Part shown: piece by piece, positions 10,291 through 23,938 of the stretch
How positions within the stretch are numbered: the first letter of the stretch is position 1
Layout: the number at the start of each line of letters is the position of its first letter
NCBI GenBank assembly: GCA_965603825.1
Contig: CBFDEM010000045.1
Span: 124,001 to 188,000, forward strand
DNA from: Blepharisma stoltei ATCC 30299
Lineage: Eukaryota; Protista; Ciliophora
Length of the DNA: 64,000 bases
Reading direction: 5' to 3'
Made by a program: the position numbers and the translations under genes
The notes under the pieces: generated by a model
What the model was told of the DNA's origin: nothing
Database searches by the model: none
What the model saw: only the letters and a program-made list of their open reading frames with translations

Positions 10291-12446
10291 ATGGACATCA
10301 AGCGTTGCTCTGAGCCTAAATGCAAGAATAGAGCCAAATGCGTATGCAATTGCCCTTTTTCGGAAACTTATTTGTGCAAAAAGCACATTAAGGAGCACTA
10401 TACTTTACATAATGGCAAGCATAATTCCGAGATGATACTTTGAAATGTGCTGATTGAAGAGACTAAACAAGAAATTCTAGAGTTCCTCGAGCAAGAAAAA
10501 TCTAAAAATTTCAAATTAAGAAAAAAAATAAGAAGAGCTTCCAATGAAACCATTCGGATCTTAAAAAATATTAGTGAAGAGTTAATAAAAGAGATGATGT
10601 CAGATTGGACATTAATGAATGATTACTATCTAAAGATTTCCCAAGCAGAAAAATTATCGAAATCAGAGGATGACCTAACTTTGAACTTATTAGCTCTTCG
10701 CACTGATAAAGCTATTAAAATAATCAAAGACCAATTTTCACCAAGCTCTGTAAACTCAAGAAATGCTGAAGTTTTTTGTATACTAAGTGAAGAAATTGAG
10801 CAAATAGCAGAATTGCTTAAGAAAGAAAAATCGGAAGCTAAGCTAGATGAGAAACTTTGTAAATTAGAAAAACTCCTCAAAGATCATGATATAAATCAGA
10901 AAAATGCAGATAAACAATTGGCAAATGAGGAAGATTATTCTAGCAATGCAGCTGAGATTTATTTAAAATGCCTTCTTTATCATAAATCTAATGATTCAAT
11001 TAGCACTATCCCAAATAAGGATATAACTTACGATTGCATTGGAAGCTTATTTTATAATGAAAATAGATACGAAGAAGCAGTGCAACATTTCAATGATGCA
11101 ATTGAAGCTAATCCACATTATGCAATTTACTATTCAAATAAAGGAGATGCCTTAAATAAATTAGGTAGGAAAGAAGAAGCTTGAAAATGTTATAATGAAG
11201 CAATTGAGAAAGGAAAAAATCAAGATGAAATCTATAATAATGTTGGAAACTTCCTATATAATGATTGCAGATACAAAGAAGCAATAGAATATTATAATAA
11301 TGCAATTTGAATGAATCCAAATAAAGCGCTTTATCATCAAAATAAAGGAGACACTTTATATAGACAATACAAAATAGATGAAGCTATAGAATGCTATGAA
11401 CAAGCAATTTGAATAAATAAAAACCAAGATGCATTATACTGTAAAATTGGAGATATCTTATTTCAACAAGCAAAAACCATAGACTGGCAGATATTCTTTT
11501 TTATTCCCGATATATCTGTTATTCAAGGAGGACGGTCAAGTGATGATAAAAAAATAGAATAAGCAATCACATACTACAATGAAGCAATTAGTATCAATCC
11601 AAATAAAGCAATTTATTACCTAAACAAAGGCTGAGCTCTATTCAATTTAGAGAAAATAGATGAAGCTTTTGAGTGCTTAAAGGAAAATATTAGAATAAAT
11701 TCTAATGTAGCTGAATCATATTTAGTAATAGCAATTATATTGTGGAAAGGGAAAAAATATGAAGAGCAATAAACTATTGCAACATTGGAATTAAAACTAG
11801 TACAGACTGTCATATTTATTGTTTTATTAAAGGCAATTTACTTGATGAGTTAGGTAGAGGAGATGAAGCTGATAAATTCTATTATGAAGTGAATAAATTA
11901 TGTCCTCGTTTTTTTGAAGATATAGGAAGAAATTTTACCGGCAATCGTAAGGCTTATGAATCAGCACTAAAATTTTACAACATTGCAATTAGATGCATCA
12001 CGGATAACGCACAATTATATTCACGAAAAGGAAAAATTCTTAGATTGTTAGGTAGATGAGATGAAGCCATTGAATGCTATGAAAAAGCTATTTTAATAGA
12101 CCAAAATAAAGATAAAGCATATAATTGAATAGGAATGATTTTAATTAACGAAAAGAGATATGAAGAAGCAATAAATTATTTTGATAATGCAATAAGAATT
12201 CAAAAAAAGGCACTTTATTATATAAATAAAGGAAATGCTTTAAAGGAGCTGAGTAGAAGTCATGAAGCTATTGGGTGCTATGATGAAGCAATTAGAATAG
12301 ATCCAGAAGAAGCTTCAGCATTCAACGGAATAGGAATTATTTTAGATAATGAAAAGAGATACGAAGAAGCAAATTTATATTACAATAGAGCTTTAGAATG
12401 TAAACCAAAAAATTCTAAAAAGAGTTCTGAAAAATACATGCATTAA
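10291..12446 (+). pseudogene. TPR-repeat gene with N-terminal Cys/His zinc-binding module, disrupted
   Basis: ATG 10291 gives MDIKRCSEPKCKNRAKCVCNC...LCKKH, followed by many TPRs (YxNKG.AL..L.R.EEA..CY). In-frame TAA at 11560-11562 and a 1-nt frameshift near 11765. Confidence 0.75.
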
Positions 12447-13045
12447 TAAAAGATAACGAATGCTTTCAATGGAATTAGAGAAGTTTCGAATTATAAGTAT
12501 TATAAAATATAATCATGATTAATATAAACTATGGTAATTAAAATACCAATACTGCATGAATGGCCTATATGTTGCATATTAACAATAAAATTTAATTCTT
12601 AATGCAAGGTTCTTTGCTTTTAAAAATTTTTATTTTCAACCCTGAATCTGCAACCTACTATCCAATAGCTAAATTATTAGTAGAAAATGAGAAATCTTTC
12701 TTTTCAGCATTATAATAATTTCTGTCACTCACTATTAATTAAGATTCCCTCATCCATTTAAAAATATGCAATCTGTCCAGGAGGATTATTAGAGAAACAT
12801 TTTTACAAAAGAAAAGCACGAATAAGCCAAACTAATTACAGAATATTATGCTTAAATTGCTTATCAAATGGGTTAATTCAAGAAGCAAATATAAAAGGAG
12901 ATGCATGCAATATTTTTCTTTATTCTAGTATTCATGCATAGGTGGATAATGAGATCCTGAATACTTATGGGTAATTTAAGATTACTCATTTATAAGGAGG
13001 GAGCTTTTCCGGCTGTCTAAGGGATAAATTAAGTAATTAAAATAA

Positions 13046-14395
13046 TTAATTATTCTGTATTGAATTTTCTGTCATTTCTATCTCTTCCTGATGCAATTTT
13101 AGTATCGAGTAATCATATTCCTGCTCTTTGTTGTAATCTGCTAATGACCTATTTTCAGGCGCAAATAGCCATTCCAGTAAAATTATATATAAATTCAGTG
13201 CAGCCACATATACAAGCATAAGCTCCCCATTTCTCGGTATCGATTGAAAAGCTCCCATTCCAATCCCAATAAACGCCAATACCATCATACACAAATTCAT
13301 CCTTATAATAAACTTTTTCCTAGTCGTAAATTTCCTCATAACCGGTATAGCTCTTATACACAAATACATTATCCATAGCCCTATAAAGCCTAAAAGTACA
13401 ATTACAGCAATAAATACATTCCTATAGCTTGTTTTCAGGTCATTTTCCCAGTCATAAGCTGGGTCATATTTTAGCTGTAAATGTACATAGCAGTAAACCA
13501 CAAATAAAAGAATAAAAAAAGCTCCAACCACGATACCTTCTGCTATAAAATAAAGCCATCTGTGCTTGAACTGTTTATAGCTCTGAAATTCTACCATCCA
13601 AAAATAAAGGAAAAACCCAACAAATTGTGTGGTACAAAATGCGGAGGTTCAGCTTCAGTAATGGCTAGGGAAAAATATAGAAAATGCGAGAAAAGGCTCG
13701 TCAAAGATTATTAAAGAAATTCCGAGGACTCCGACCATTTTTGTGTCAAAGCTTCAAAGGTAGGATGGGACTTGGATAGTTTGTTTGATAAAATAAATCA
13801 GAGAGGATAAAGCGAAAAATAAAAATAAATATTTTGTGATGAGTTGGAATTTTGTAAATTTAGCTGAAATATATCCTAAATCAAACTTAATGTCATCTGC
13901 ATTTATCGTCGAATACACTTCTACTGACAAATCATAAACTGTGTAGTCCAGATAAGGCTCATAAAATATCAGTAAGCTGCTGCAGTCTCCTTTAGAGCAG
14001 TCAATTTTTTTAGCAGTCCTTTTATCTATAACCGGATAATCTGTATTGTCACTTTCTGTTCTCCCTTTCAGAATAACTCTTAAATCGAGCTCAAATTCAA
14101 CATTTTTCTTGGTTTCAGGGGTTGCAGTCAGGAAAAGGACTTGATTAAATTTAGTAGCGCCAGTAATAATTCCGCTTCAAGTTTGGACAGCCCCAGTCTC
14201 TGTAAAACAGTCTGAGCTTTCATTGCCTAATTCGCATTCTTCGATTATTACACTGGAATAATGAATCATTTCTGGAGTCATTGTAGATGCTATTATACAG
14301 CCTAGAAATGCAAATAAAAAGAAAGAGATTTGCAGGATAAGTTTGTACTTGGATAGATACTCAAGCCTGAGCTTTATGAAATCTTCAGCTTCCAT
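13046..14395 (-). CDS. TMEM181/Wntless-family multi-pass membrane protein
   Basis: Continuous frame through TGA codons. N-terminal LRLEYLSK + TM, lumenal C-x4-C, FTKFQL, (W)SFDTK, multiple TMs and NLYIILLEWLFAP. Confidence 0.7.
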
Positions 14396-14553
14396 TTAAA
14401 TTATAGCAATATTTCATTATTGGAGCGCAGAAAAACTGGTATTTGTATTAGATTTTTCTGAGGAAAATTAGATTTATTTTATTTAAAACAAATAGAATGT
14501 TTTATGAAAGCGGATTTAATATCTATATGATATATTAAAAGATTTATACTAAT

Positions 14554-17373
14554 ATGGAGTCTCAGAGTAAATCCAACACATCGGCCCAGCCACAACCTCA
14601 AAGAAATCCTAAAAAGCCAAGCTTATTCGCAATGAAAATGGGTCTTCAGCCTCAACCCCTCCCCACAACAGAAATTCTTGCATCTTCCATCAAAGAAAAA
14701 GACCCAAACGAGCTAAAATATCTTGAGTCCCTCCACACCGATTTCCCTCAAAACGGGTTTCCTGAAGCTTTTCAGCTTGAAGAGAACTTTGAAGCTCCAA
14801 TTCCCAAAGTTTCAATAAAAAATAGTGAGCTTGAGTCAATCTCTCAAAATAATTTTCAAAAGGTCAAAGAAATGTCTTCCTCTGAGCTAAAAGAAGCCAT
14901 GGACGAAATCAATAGTTTAGTTGACCCTAAAATGATAGAAGTCCTTCGAAAACGTGGCCATAAAAAGCTAAATCATCATGAAGTTCCAAGCCAGCATATA
15001 GAAAACCATGTAGATCTCAATGAAAATCAGCTGAAAAAATTAATGAAAGAATCCCCAAAACCGACGTGTTTACATGATAATTTGCCACCAGAAAATGAAA
15101 TTGAAAAATGAAGGTTCGATTTTGAAGGAAATTCAATCCAACATTATGAAAATAAAAATTGGACTAATCCTGAGCTGCAAGGATTTGGTTTAAGAGATTT
15201 GGTGAATATGTCAAGAAGCTCAATTCCTTCACAGAGATCTATTGCATTGGACTGTATTATTAAAATTATTGATAAATCTGATGAGGTCAAATTTGGGGAA
15301 GGGGTTGATTTTTTGATAGAGGAATGCGAATTTGATAGGGTTTTGGTATGGGTTTTGGATGACAGTAATATAAATGTCAGAATCAGCGGGCTCCAAGCAG
15401 TGAAATATATTACTTGCAAATTTTTGGAAAGAAATTTAGAAATCATTGATAAGTGGGGCTTTGCGTTTCCTAGCGGAATTGATAGTAAAAGAAATGCTTT
15501 ACTGCCTGAAGAAATCAGAAAAAAATCAGCTATTTGGGAAGAAGAGGAATATAGAAGTATTTTTGATTTACCATTCGAAAGCAACACAAAAGATTTAATA
15601 GGAAGAATGATTTGTATTGGACTGCTTGACAAACTTTCTGAATTTTTAGAAAATTCTAATATGGGCTATATATGGGAAGACTGTTTAAACATACTTTTAG
15701 CTTGCTCTTTGCATTCTTCTGCAGCTGCTTATGCCATAATTCGCAACAAAAATCTAGTATCTCAGCTTCCTCCAAAAATTTCAAAATTTCCAATTATTTT
15801 GACAATTTTCACATTTTTAAGCAAAGCTGCTCTTTCTATTGCTTATAATATTAAAAGGCTTTACAATTGGGACGAAATTCTTTTATCAAATCTACTATTA
15901 GACCAAAATATTGACCCTAATAAAGAAATTATTAAAAAATCCCTTTTGCTTATTCATTCTTTTTATTGCCATAATCAAAGACTTATGAATTCTGAAGCAA
16001 TGAGGTTATCGTTATTAGAAATTATCAAAAAAAGCAATGATTTTGAGATTTTAGATTATGCATTTATGACAATTTCAAGAATAATTGATACTTTAAAAGA
16101 CTCATCTGAATATCTTGCACATTTTGAGGTATTTTTATATAAATATTTGGAAAATTGGAGAGACACTGGGAGAGCTTTTGCGGGTGGAATTAAATTTTTA
16201 AATAGTTTGATAAATTTTGGTAAAAATATTCCTATTGAAGGCCAGACTTATTCAATGAAAATAGAAAAATTAATGAATGATTATATTATTCCGATAATAA
16301 ATAGCTTTGAAATGCATACTGAAATATTTCAAATTTCTAGCATTTTAATCAATGATAGCAGCTTTTTGCATGGATTGGAGAATTATTTTCATGCAAATTG
16401 TTGGGAAAAATCTTTGGTTCAGTTTTATAAAATAGCGAATAGCCTATTGGAATTTTATATCAATTTTATATCAATTTCAAGTGCTAAAATTTATCCAAAT
16501 ATTGAATGGCTTAATTCTGCTTTAGACAATGCAGTAAGTCTTTTACATAATTTTGAAAATTTTATCGAAAATAATGCAATTCCGAAAATTATTTCTTACA
16601 GGGTAAAACCACTAGTATATTTCATTATTAATTGCTTAAAAGTTAAAAAAATATTCAAGCAGCTCTCAGAAGCAAGGTGTAAGTCTGCATTTATTTCATC
16701 AATTATATTTCTAGGCAGCTACGATGAATCTATACTTGAGTTTCTTATCAATAATTTCATCAATTTTGAAAATTTGAATTTTTATAATGGATTTTTATCA
16801 ACCCAAAAGCATATAGAGCTTTCTGATGCTTATTTTTCAAACTCAACTAGAATTTCTACCTGGTACTTGTGTAATAACGAAACTGAATTTTTACCTTTGC
16901 CTTTGCATTGGCAATATATTCCACTGCATTCAGAAGCCAATCTCGAAAATTATTTCCAGTTTATATTGGAATATATAGAATTTTTTGATCCGAAAGAAAT
17001 ATCAAAAATTATCGAATCAATAAATAAATGCATTATGAGAAAAGATGTAGAATTTCTTGGCTGAAAAGAAAAAATTGGTCCTATTTTGAAGTTTTGGGGT
17101 AGCCGTAAAAACTTTGCAATATCTGCTAATAAAATTAGAACAAATGTAATGGAGCTAGTTAAAGATTATGTAGGATGCTCATATTTAGATGAGGTTTATT
17201 CAATGTGGCTGGTATGCTTTTTGCAAGATGGAATTGAAGAGAGCTTCTATAAAGATATTATTGAAGAAATTGGCTTATTATGGCCGAGATTTATAGGCAG
17301 CTTAAATGTCGAAGAATTAAAGAGTTTTCCATACTACACAAAATTTTTTAAATCACTTAGGTCGAATAATTAA
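14554..17373 (+). CDS. RPAP1: RNA polymerase II-associated protein 1 (RPAP1/Rba50)
   Basis: Three ORFs join via TGA at 15109 and 17062. EMSSSELKEAMDEI...LRKRG (RPAP1_N), (W)RFDFEG and MSRSSIPSQRSIAL (RPAP1_C). Confidence 0.85.
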
Positions 17374-17401
17374 AGATTTTGAATTTTAATTTAATTTTTC
17401 A

Positions 17402-17770
17402 CTAAAGCCTCCTAAGCGGCGTTTTACTTCGCAGGTTTCCTTTTGCTTGGCTTTTTGACCGAATAATATCCAAAGCACCGTCCACTTCTTTCAACAAATC
17501 AGGAAAATCGAAGTCTCTTTTCGGGGTATTATAACTGGTCCTCTCAATTTTAACCAATTTTGTTCTAATTTCTTTAATTCGTTCTATAGGGGTTAGAGAT
17601 CTTTCTGTTTTTCGAACAAACATACTTCTCTGCTTGCTATAGGTGCAAGACCGAAGAGGAGTCCCAAAAGCCTTTGAAATATACTCGCTTGAGGGTAAAA
17701 ATTTACTGTCAGTTGAAATAAAAGAACGGTATGGAGATTTAGAAAAACTTTCATAAAGTATGCCATTCAT
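17402..17770 (-). CDS. Hypothetical protein
   Basis: 122-aa ATG-TAG ORF in gene-dense context. Confidence 0.6.
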   Translation of the reverse strand: MNGILYESFSKSPYRSFISTDSKFLPSSEYISKAFGTPLRSCTYSKQRSMFVRKTERSLTPIERIKEIRTKLVKIERTSYNTPKRDFDFPDLLKEVDGALDIIRSKSQAKGNLRSKTPLRRL

Positions 17771-18058
17771 TATTATTTTGATTATTAGAAATGCTACTAA
17801 TATATTGTTTCTACAACGTATAAGTTCTGCAAATGTAAAATAAATGTATTAAAAAGTAAAATTTTGGTAAATACAGAGAAAGGTTAAGTAATTGCAAATG
17901 AAACTGAGGTGTGCAGTTTTAAATAAAAATTATTGCATAAGAAAAAGAAGGAATAATTTTAGACAAAAATTAATGAGTTATTTTGATATTGGCTTTCTGA
18001 TAGTTAATTTCGCTTTCTAAGAACAGTGATGAAAGAATTAAATATAATTTTCATAAAA

Positions 18059-18761
18059 ATGGACTCACTTGTAAACAGATGAAAATCAACAGTTGAAGCT
18101 CAAATGGAGCGTCAAATTAAACGCTCAAAATCAAAAAATCATACCCTATCACCATCACGCAAGTCCTTAACAAATCTAGAGACATCTCAAACAGATTCTT
18201 TTACTGAATCCAAGCCTGCCCCTCAAAACTATGTAAAATCCAAAGCGCAAAAAATCATTGATATTTTATCAGTAAAAGGCCAAGATCCTCCATCAAGTAA
18301 TATTTATCTTAGTTTCAAAATTCAATAAAGTCTGCAGCGCAATCGAAGAAATAATCAAAAATGAAGAACTAAAAATCTCTGAAGAAAACAACTCTGAAGC
18401 TACAAAATTCCGTGAAATGAGAGAAAGCACACGAATACAGTCAGAATCTATCAATAAAACTGTTTCTGATTTAGAAGCAAGGCTTTTTGAATCAGAAAGA
18501 GAAAAGATATTGTTAAGAAAAGAAAAAGAAGAGCTTAAATCAAAAATTGAGGGCTTAAATAAACAGCTGGCTTCATCATCAGTTACACAAGAAATGATAG
18601 GAGTGCTAAAAGAATCGTTCAAAGCCCTTGAGAATTCGAATAAAACATTGATTTCTAATATAGAAACAATTAAAAATAATCAAAGAGAAAAGGAAAGAGC
18701 GTGGGAATTAGAAATCGAGCAGCTTCATGAAATAATAGAAAATATTCAGAAAGAAGAATAA
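18059..18761 (+). CDS. Coiled-coil protein (one TGA, one 16-nt intron)
   Basis: ATG 18059. Removing 18297-18312 joins the two ORFs in frame. Confidence 0.75.
18297..18312 (+). other. 16-nt spliceosomal intron
   Basis: GTAATATTTATCTTAG; removal restores the frame. Confidence 0.8.
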
Positions 18762-18795
18762 TACTGTTTTAGAATTACACTAATTTATAATATAA

Positions 18796-19908
18796 TTATT
18801 GAGTGGCGCATACTTGATTTCCGCATTGTTCAGCATGAAAATCGGCAATGATGGTTCGAATTTTTTCTAAATCTGCATTTATGCATTGAAAATCTTCTTC
18901 TATTTGTTCTACAGTCAGTTTTTTATTTTTTCAGGTTTCTTCGAAGCCGAAAATAAGCTTTAGGCTAATGTCTTTGCCACTTATTCAGGTTTGTAGTAAA
19001 ATCAATAATTGATTGGTATTTTTCCTTATATTTTGGATTTCTTTAGAAAAATCAATAAGTGTTTTTCCTCGTCCTGTCCTTAAGAATTCTAACTCTTCTT
19101 TGAGTTCTTTATTTTCCAATAATAAATTCCCTTGCATTGCTTCAAGTTCTTTAAATTGACTTTCTAAATATGCATGCTCCTCTTTTCTGATGTTTTTTTG
19201 TGGGGATTCCTGGATTTTTTCTCGAAGTTTACTGTTTTCTTTTTGAAAATTCTTTATGATTCCATATAGTTCAGATCTAGTGCTTCCTCCTTCTTGTACT
19301 ATTGCTTCTTTTTCTGCGCCTTTTCTGATTTCAGCTTCTAATTCTCTGATTTTTTTGTCTTTTTCTTTGATGATCCTTTTTGTCTGTTCTTCATGAGCAT
19401 TTAGTTGGTTTTCTAATTTCCTTACATCTTCTCTCCTTTTAATCACTTCTTGCTCCAATTTGTCAGACAAGCTTGTCCCAGTTGGAAATTCAAATGAATT
19501 ATCCCTACAATCAGTTTTTAACTGTTTATTTTCTTTTTTCAGAAGTCTTATTTTTAGCTTCAGCAGCTCGTGTTTATGCTCTGTTTGTGACAGGGAATCT
19601 CTAAGCTCTTTTATTATACATTCTTTAGCTTTAAGTTCAAATTTTAAGTCATTGACTGTTTTTGAAAGCATTGTGCTATCCTTATAAGAACGGGGAGAAT
19701 CATAAGTTTCAGAACCTTTCGCAGGAAGAGTGGAATTGCCCATACTTAAAGAACTTGAAGAATGATGACCAAGATGGTGAATTCGAGAGACGCTTGGAGA
19801 AAGGAATAGGGAAGAAGGAGATGAAGGGGCTTGAGAGGTAGATGTAGTACTCAAAGGCGTTATGTTGGAAAATTTTCGCTGTTCTGTAGGCTTGAATAAT
19901 CTTGACAT
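18796..19908 (-). CDS. Coiled-coil protein with CEP85-like C-terminus
   Basis: Extends past two TGA codons to ...LEKIRTIIADFHAEQCGNQVCATQ-TAA, which resembles the CEP85 C-terminal segment. Confidence 0.55.
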
Positions 19909-20220
19909 TTTTCGATTATTTTAATAGAGAAATAATTTGTCAGGATTAATATGGAGCAAAGAGTATTTTGCTTATATAGTACTTTAAAAATATGATGTAT
20001 AAAAGCAGCGTAATAATTTATTTCTGACTTAGATTAATTATTTATGATTTATTAAACTTGATATTTATTTTGCTCAAGACTTAAAGGCTTTATGTGAAGT
20101 ACCATTTTAATTATGTAGTCTATTTTAAAAAAATAGATATAAAAAATTATTAGAGATTTTATTTCCAAAAATTTTTGAAGATTTACAATAATAAACAGAG
20201 TAATTTATAATAATATCACA

Positions 20221-21456
20221 CTATACAAGTCTGTACGATTTGCTAGAGAGTCTTGCAAGTAAAAGCGGAGAAAAACGCAGCCATGCACATATTTTTGAAT
20301 CAATACAATAAGATCTGCATTTCTGACAAAATTCCAGCTTTACCCCTGAAACTTCTCATTTATTCCTTATAATCCCAATATTTATAATTCTTTCAATAGC
20401 CTGTGAAGTCTCATTATGAGAAATTGTGATTTTCTTAACATTTGAAAAATAAGCCCCACTAAGCAATTCTCTTGCTCCATTATCTTCTAGTTTATTAAAG
20501 CTAACATCAAGCTCCTCTAATGATTTATTATTCAATAAAACATTTTTCATAATTTTCCCTCCCTCAATTCCAAATTTATTAGATTTTGCATAAAATTCTG
20601 CTAAATTCAATTTCCCCAAAACTTTTGCTAGATACCCAATTCCTTCAGCCCCAATATTATTTTGGCTTACATTTAATATTTTTATGTTTTTCAAACATAC
20701 TAAAGACATGGCTAAATATTTCGATCCTTCCCCTCCTAATTCATTAGCTCTCAAATTGAGCTTTGTCAGATTTTCTAACTGACTTAATGGTGCTGCCAGG
20801 GATTTCATTCCAGTTGCTTCTATTTTTGTTTGAATTAAGCCAAATTCTTTGAGCTCTTTAAGCTCCTGTATCCCTTGGCCTAATACTTTTACTGCACTGA
20901 TCTCTAATTTAATTTCAGATATTTCAAGAGACTTTAAATGAGATAAAGCTTGTATTTTTGGGAAAAAATTAATCGCGGCGTCTAGTTCAATTTTCCCTCC
21001 TCTTAATTCAAGATCTTGAAGAAATTGCATGACTGGTAAGGCATTAGCAAGATGAGTCATGTCTTGAGCTGAAATTAAAGATTCATTTACTTCAAGCTTA
21101 TTTAAGTCTAAATATCGGAGTTTTATAAGTTTTCTGAAAACTTCCCGGATTTTACCTTTGATTGTGGATTTATACTGGTCAAAATAATTTGTAAGATAAA
21201 TCATCTGATAAGGAGTCGGGAAAAATCCTGCTGCTGCAGTAAGTGTTATACAGGAATTTGATGCAGGAAGGTCTTGAAAGTTCTTTTCGGTAAGGAGAGT
21301 ATGTTGGGATTTTGAATTTTTAAACCAAAGAAGAAGCTTGCCTTGTATAGAAGTAGTGTGTGGCTTAAGATTTGAAAGTAAAAGTTTATAAGAAGAAACA
21401 TCGGAAAGGACTATTTTCTCTTTGCCAAGCTCAATATCAAAGGAATGATGCACCAT
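20221..21456 (-). CDS. Leucine-rich repeat (RNI-like) protein
   Basis: LxxLxLxxNxI/LGxEG repeats. Reads through the TGA at 20356 to TAG at 20221. Confidence 0.8.
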
Positions 21457-21698
21457 TTTGTATATGAAACGATTTATGAATGATATCAGAATTATAAATG
21501 CTGAATTGGGAACTAACATTTTGAATAAAAAACAAGTTTATTTAAAAAATTATGCAAGATATTTATTTTAGAAAGAAATTTATTAAATAAAAATACTTAT
21601 AGCTTAATAGAATAATATTATATCAAAAAAGGCATAATTTTGTTTAAATATAGTAAATATTAAAGAAATTTTAAGCTTGAAAATATTATCTAGCACCA

Positions 21699-22274
21699 TT
21701 ATCCAAATAATTTAAAAGAACTTCCAGTTTCCTTTGTGAATGCTGAAGAATTAATTGCTATAACAGGGACTATTTTTCTTCGTGGTGCTTTTTTCCTTAA
21801 GTCATCAGTCACATGTTTTTCTTGCTTTTTCTGCTTCAGTTTTTTCTTTGCTTTTGTTTTCTTTGTTTTGCTATCTACTTTTTCTTTATTTTCCTTAACA
21901 GGAGCTTCTACAAGGTTATCATTTGGCCTTTTTGGGTCAAATCTTTTAATCTGTGTCGGTGCAGCATTTCCTTTTTCAATAAACCTATTAGAAGATGGTA
22001 CCACTTCTCCTAATAGCTTTAACATTTTCTTTTTTTCGTCATTATGCTCAGTTTTCTCTTCATTTTTTATGTATTTTTCTTGTAATTCTTTTGGTAATTT
22101 TTTAAGGTCAATATCCCCAACAAATCTGTCATCAAATTTAAACCTTGGGTCACCACCAGCAAGTTTTTGCAACTCTAAAAAATAATGCCCGTTTTGGTCT
22201 TCAAATACAGGATTTGTGCGAAAATTTGTATGGATTCCTTCGCCTAAATCAAGATCTAATTGTAATTTAGACAT
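21699..22274 (-). CDS. NOL8-like nucleolar protein (C-terminal conserved region)
   Basis: GDPRFKFDDRF, EKKKMLKLL and RFDP motifs, plus a Lys-rich tail. Confidence 0.5.
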   Translation of the reverse strand: MSKLQLDLDLGEGIHTNFRTNPVFEDQNGHYFLELQKLAGGDPRFKFDDRFVGDIDLKKLPKELQEKYIKNEEKTEHNDEKKKMLKLLGEVVPSSNRFIEKGNAAPTQIKRFDPKRPNDNLVEAPVKENKEKVDSKTKKTKAKKKLKQKKQEKHVTDDLRKKAPRRKIVPVIAINSSAFTKETGSSFKLFG

Positions 22275-22378
22275 TTTTATTAAGAAAACCTGGGCTCTGA
22301 AATATGGAATATAATAAATTTAAGTATAAAAATGCATTGAAAGTCATGTTTTGTATTTAAAAAACATTTTAAATTAAA

Positions 22379-23938
22379 TTATTGTTGATCTGCTATGTGC
22401 TTTAGCATAACAACTTTAAATTCTTCTAAATCTAAAACGCCATCATTATTAAGGTCTGCTTGTTTAAAAATTTGTTGCCAAATGCCATCAGAAACTTCTT
22501 TGCTGGATTCTCCAAGAAACTCTTTTATCTCATCGACTGAAATTTTCCCATTTTTATCTTTGTCGTATGCTCTAAATGCAGTTTCTAGCCTTTCCTGTGA
22601 TAATGCTTTTTTTCAGTTTAATGCTGCAGTTAGAAATTCATTATAGTCAATATATCCGTTTTCATTAGAATCACAATGCTCTAAAATTTCATCAACATTA
22701 AATATTGATAATAACCCTCTCACCATAAATCCGTGCTTTAATTCATTTATAGATAGCTTTCCATCACCATTTTTGTCAAGCGCTACAAAGATTTTCCTCA
22801 GATCATCTAATTCTTTTGTAGTCATTAAATGTGAGGCTATAAAAGCTAGTGTTGCTTGCTGCAGTTTTCTATTTGCCTATATAATAAATACATGGAAAGA
22901 GCTGATATTTTCTAAAGTGTCATTTTGTATAATATTATCATCAATAATATTTTTCGTTCTATCACGTATTCATGGATCATTTATAAGTTCTTTAGCAGTT
23001 GGCCTCTTTATAGGATTACTTGTAAGCATTCTTTTAATGATGCTTTTCGCTTCTTTTGAAATATGTGCTCATTCTGCACCAGAAAAAGTAAAAACCCCTC
23101 GCTTTATTTTTGTAAAAATTGCAGCTTCACTTGTCCCATTAAAAGGCGGATATCCGCTGAGCATGATATATAAAATTATCCCACAGCTTCAGATGTCGCA
23201 TTTTGTATCATAATTTCCTTCTATAACTTCTGGGGCTACATAATAGGAGCTGCCGACAAATTGTTTTACGTTTTCTTCGGGCTGTATTTTTGTCGCGATT
23301 CCGAAATCAATAATTTTTAATATAGAAGTATCAGTTTTATCTTGAAATAAAATATTTTCTGGCTTAATGTCTCTATGAACAATTCCTTCTCCATGGCAAG
23401 CAATAAGTCCTGATAAAATTTGATACATTCAATTCGCTGCCGCATTTTCTGAAAAATTTCGATTTTGCACAATTCTTTCAAATAATTCTCCTCCAGTGCA
23501 AAGCTCAGTGACTATATTGATGGTTTGGTCATTCTCAATTAATTCAATAATTTTTATAATATTTGGATGATCTAAATTTCGCAGTATTCTCATTTCATCG
23601 ACTGCAGAGTCTTGTAAATTGTAGTCGTTTCCTCTTTTACGGAAAACTTTTATTGCTCTATGAAGCCCAGTTTCTAAGCAGACTGCTTTATAAACTATTG
23701 AAGAGCCTCCATCACCAATAATATCTAAAATTTGATAAAAATCACTTAACTTGGCATCTCGATGATGAACAAATTGTTTACGATGAATTTTTAACGAAAT
23801 ATCAGAAGGTCGAGCTGAATGTAAAGAATCTGAAATAAAAGGTTTTGGAGGAGGTGCTGCTTTATCAAAGCTGGTGTCTTTTGATTGATCTTGCTTAATC
23901 TCATCAGGCTCAACTGGCAATCTTTGACAACAGCCCAT
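22379..23938 (-). CDS. Calcium-dependent protein kinase (kinase + 4 EF-hands)
   Basis: MGCC N-terminus, [16 protein letters not shown](W)SCG and four EF-hand loops. Five TGA=Trp codons and an intron at 22877-22891. Confidence 0.92.
22877..22891 (-). other. 15-nt intron (CDPK)
   Basis: GTATTTATTATATAG with in-frame TAG; splicing gives [12 protein letters not shown]. Confidence 0.9.

Noticed and set aside
10153-10435. ORFs 10169-10435 (+) and 10153-10398 (-)
   Set aside because: Alternative frames over the Cys-rich start of the TPR gene (ATG 10291).
11470-11556. 26-codon insert in a TPR as a retained IES (ATAGA repeats 75 bp apart)
   Set aside because: Excision leaves one extra residue relative to neighbouring TPRs and does not remove the TAA; the evidence is too weak.
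21736-22185. Antisense F/S/L-rich ORFs (also 15144-15632, 34847-35473, 22773-23213 and others)
   Set aside because: Shadows of K/E-rich genes on the opposite strand.
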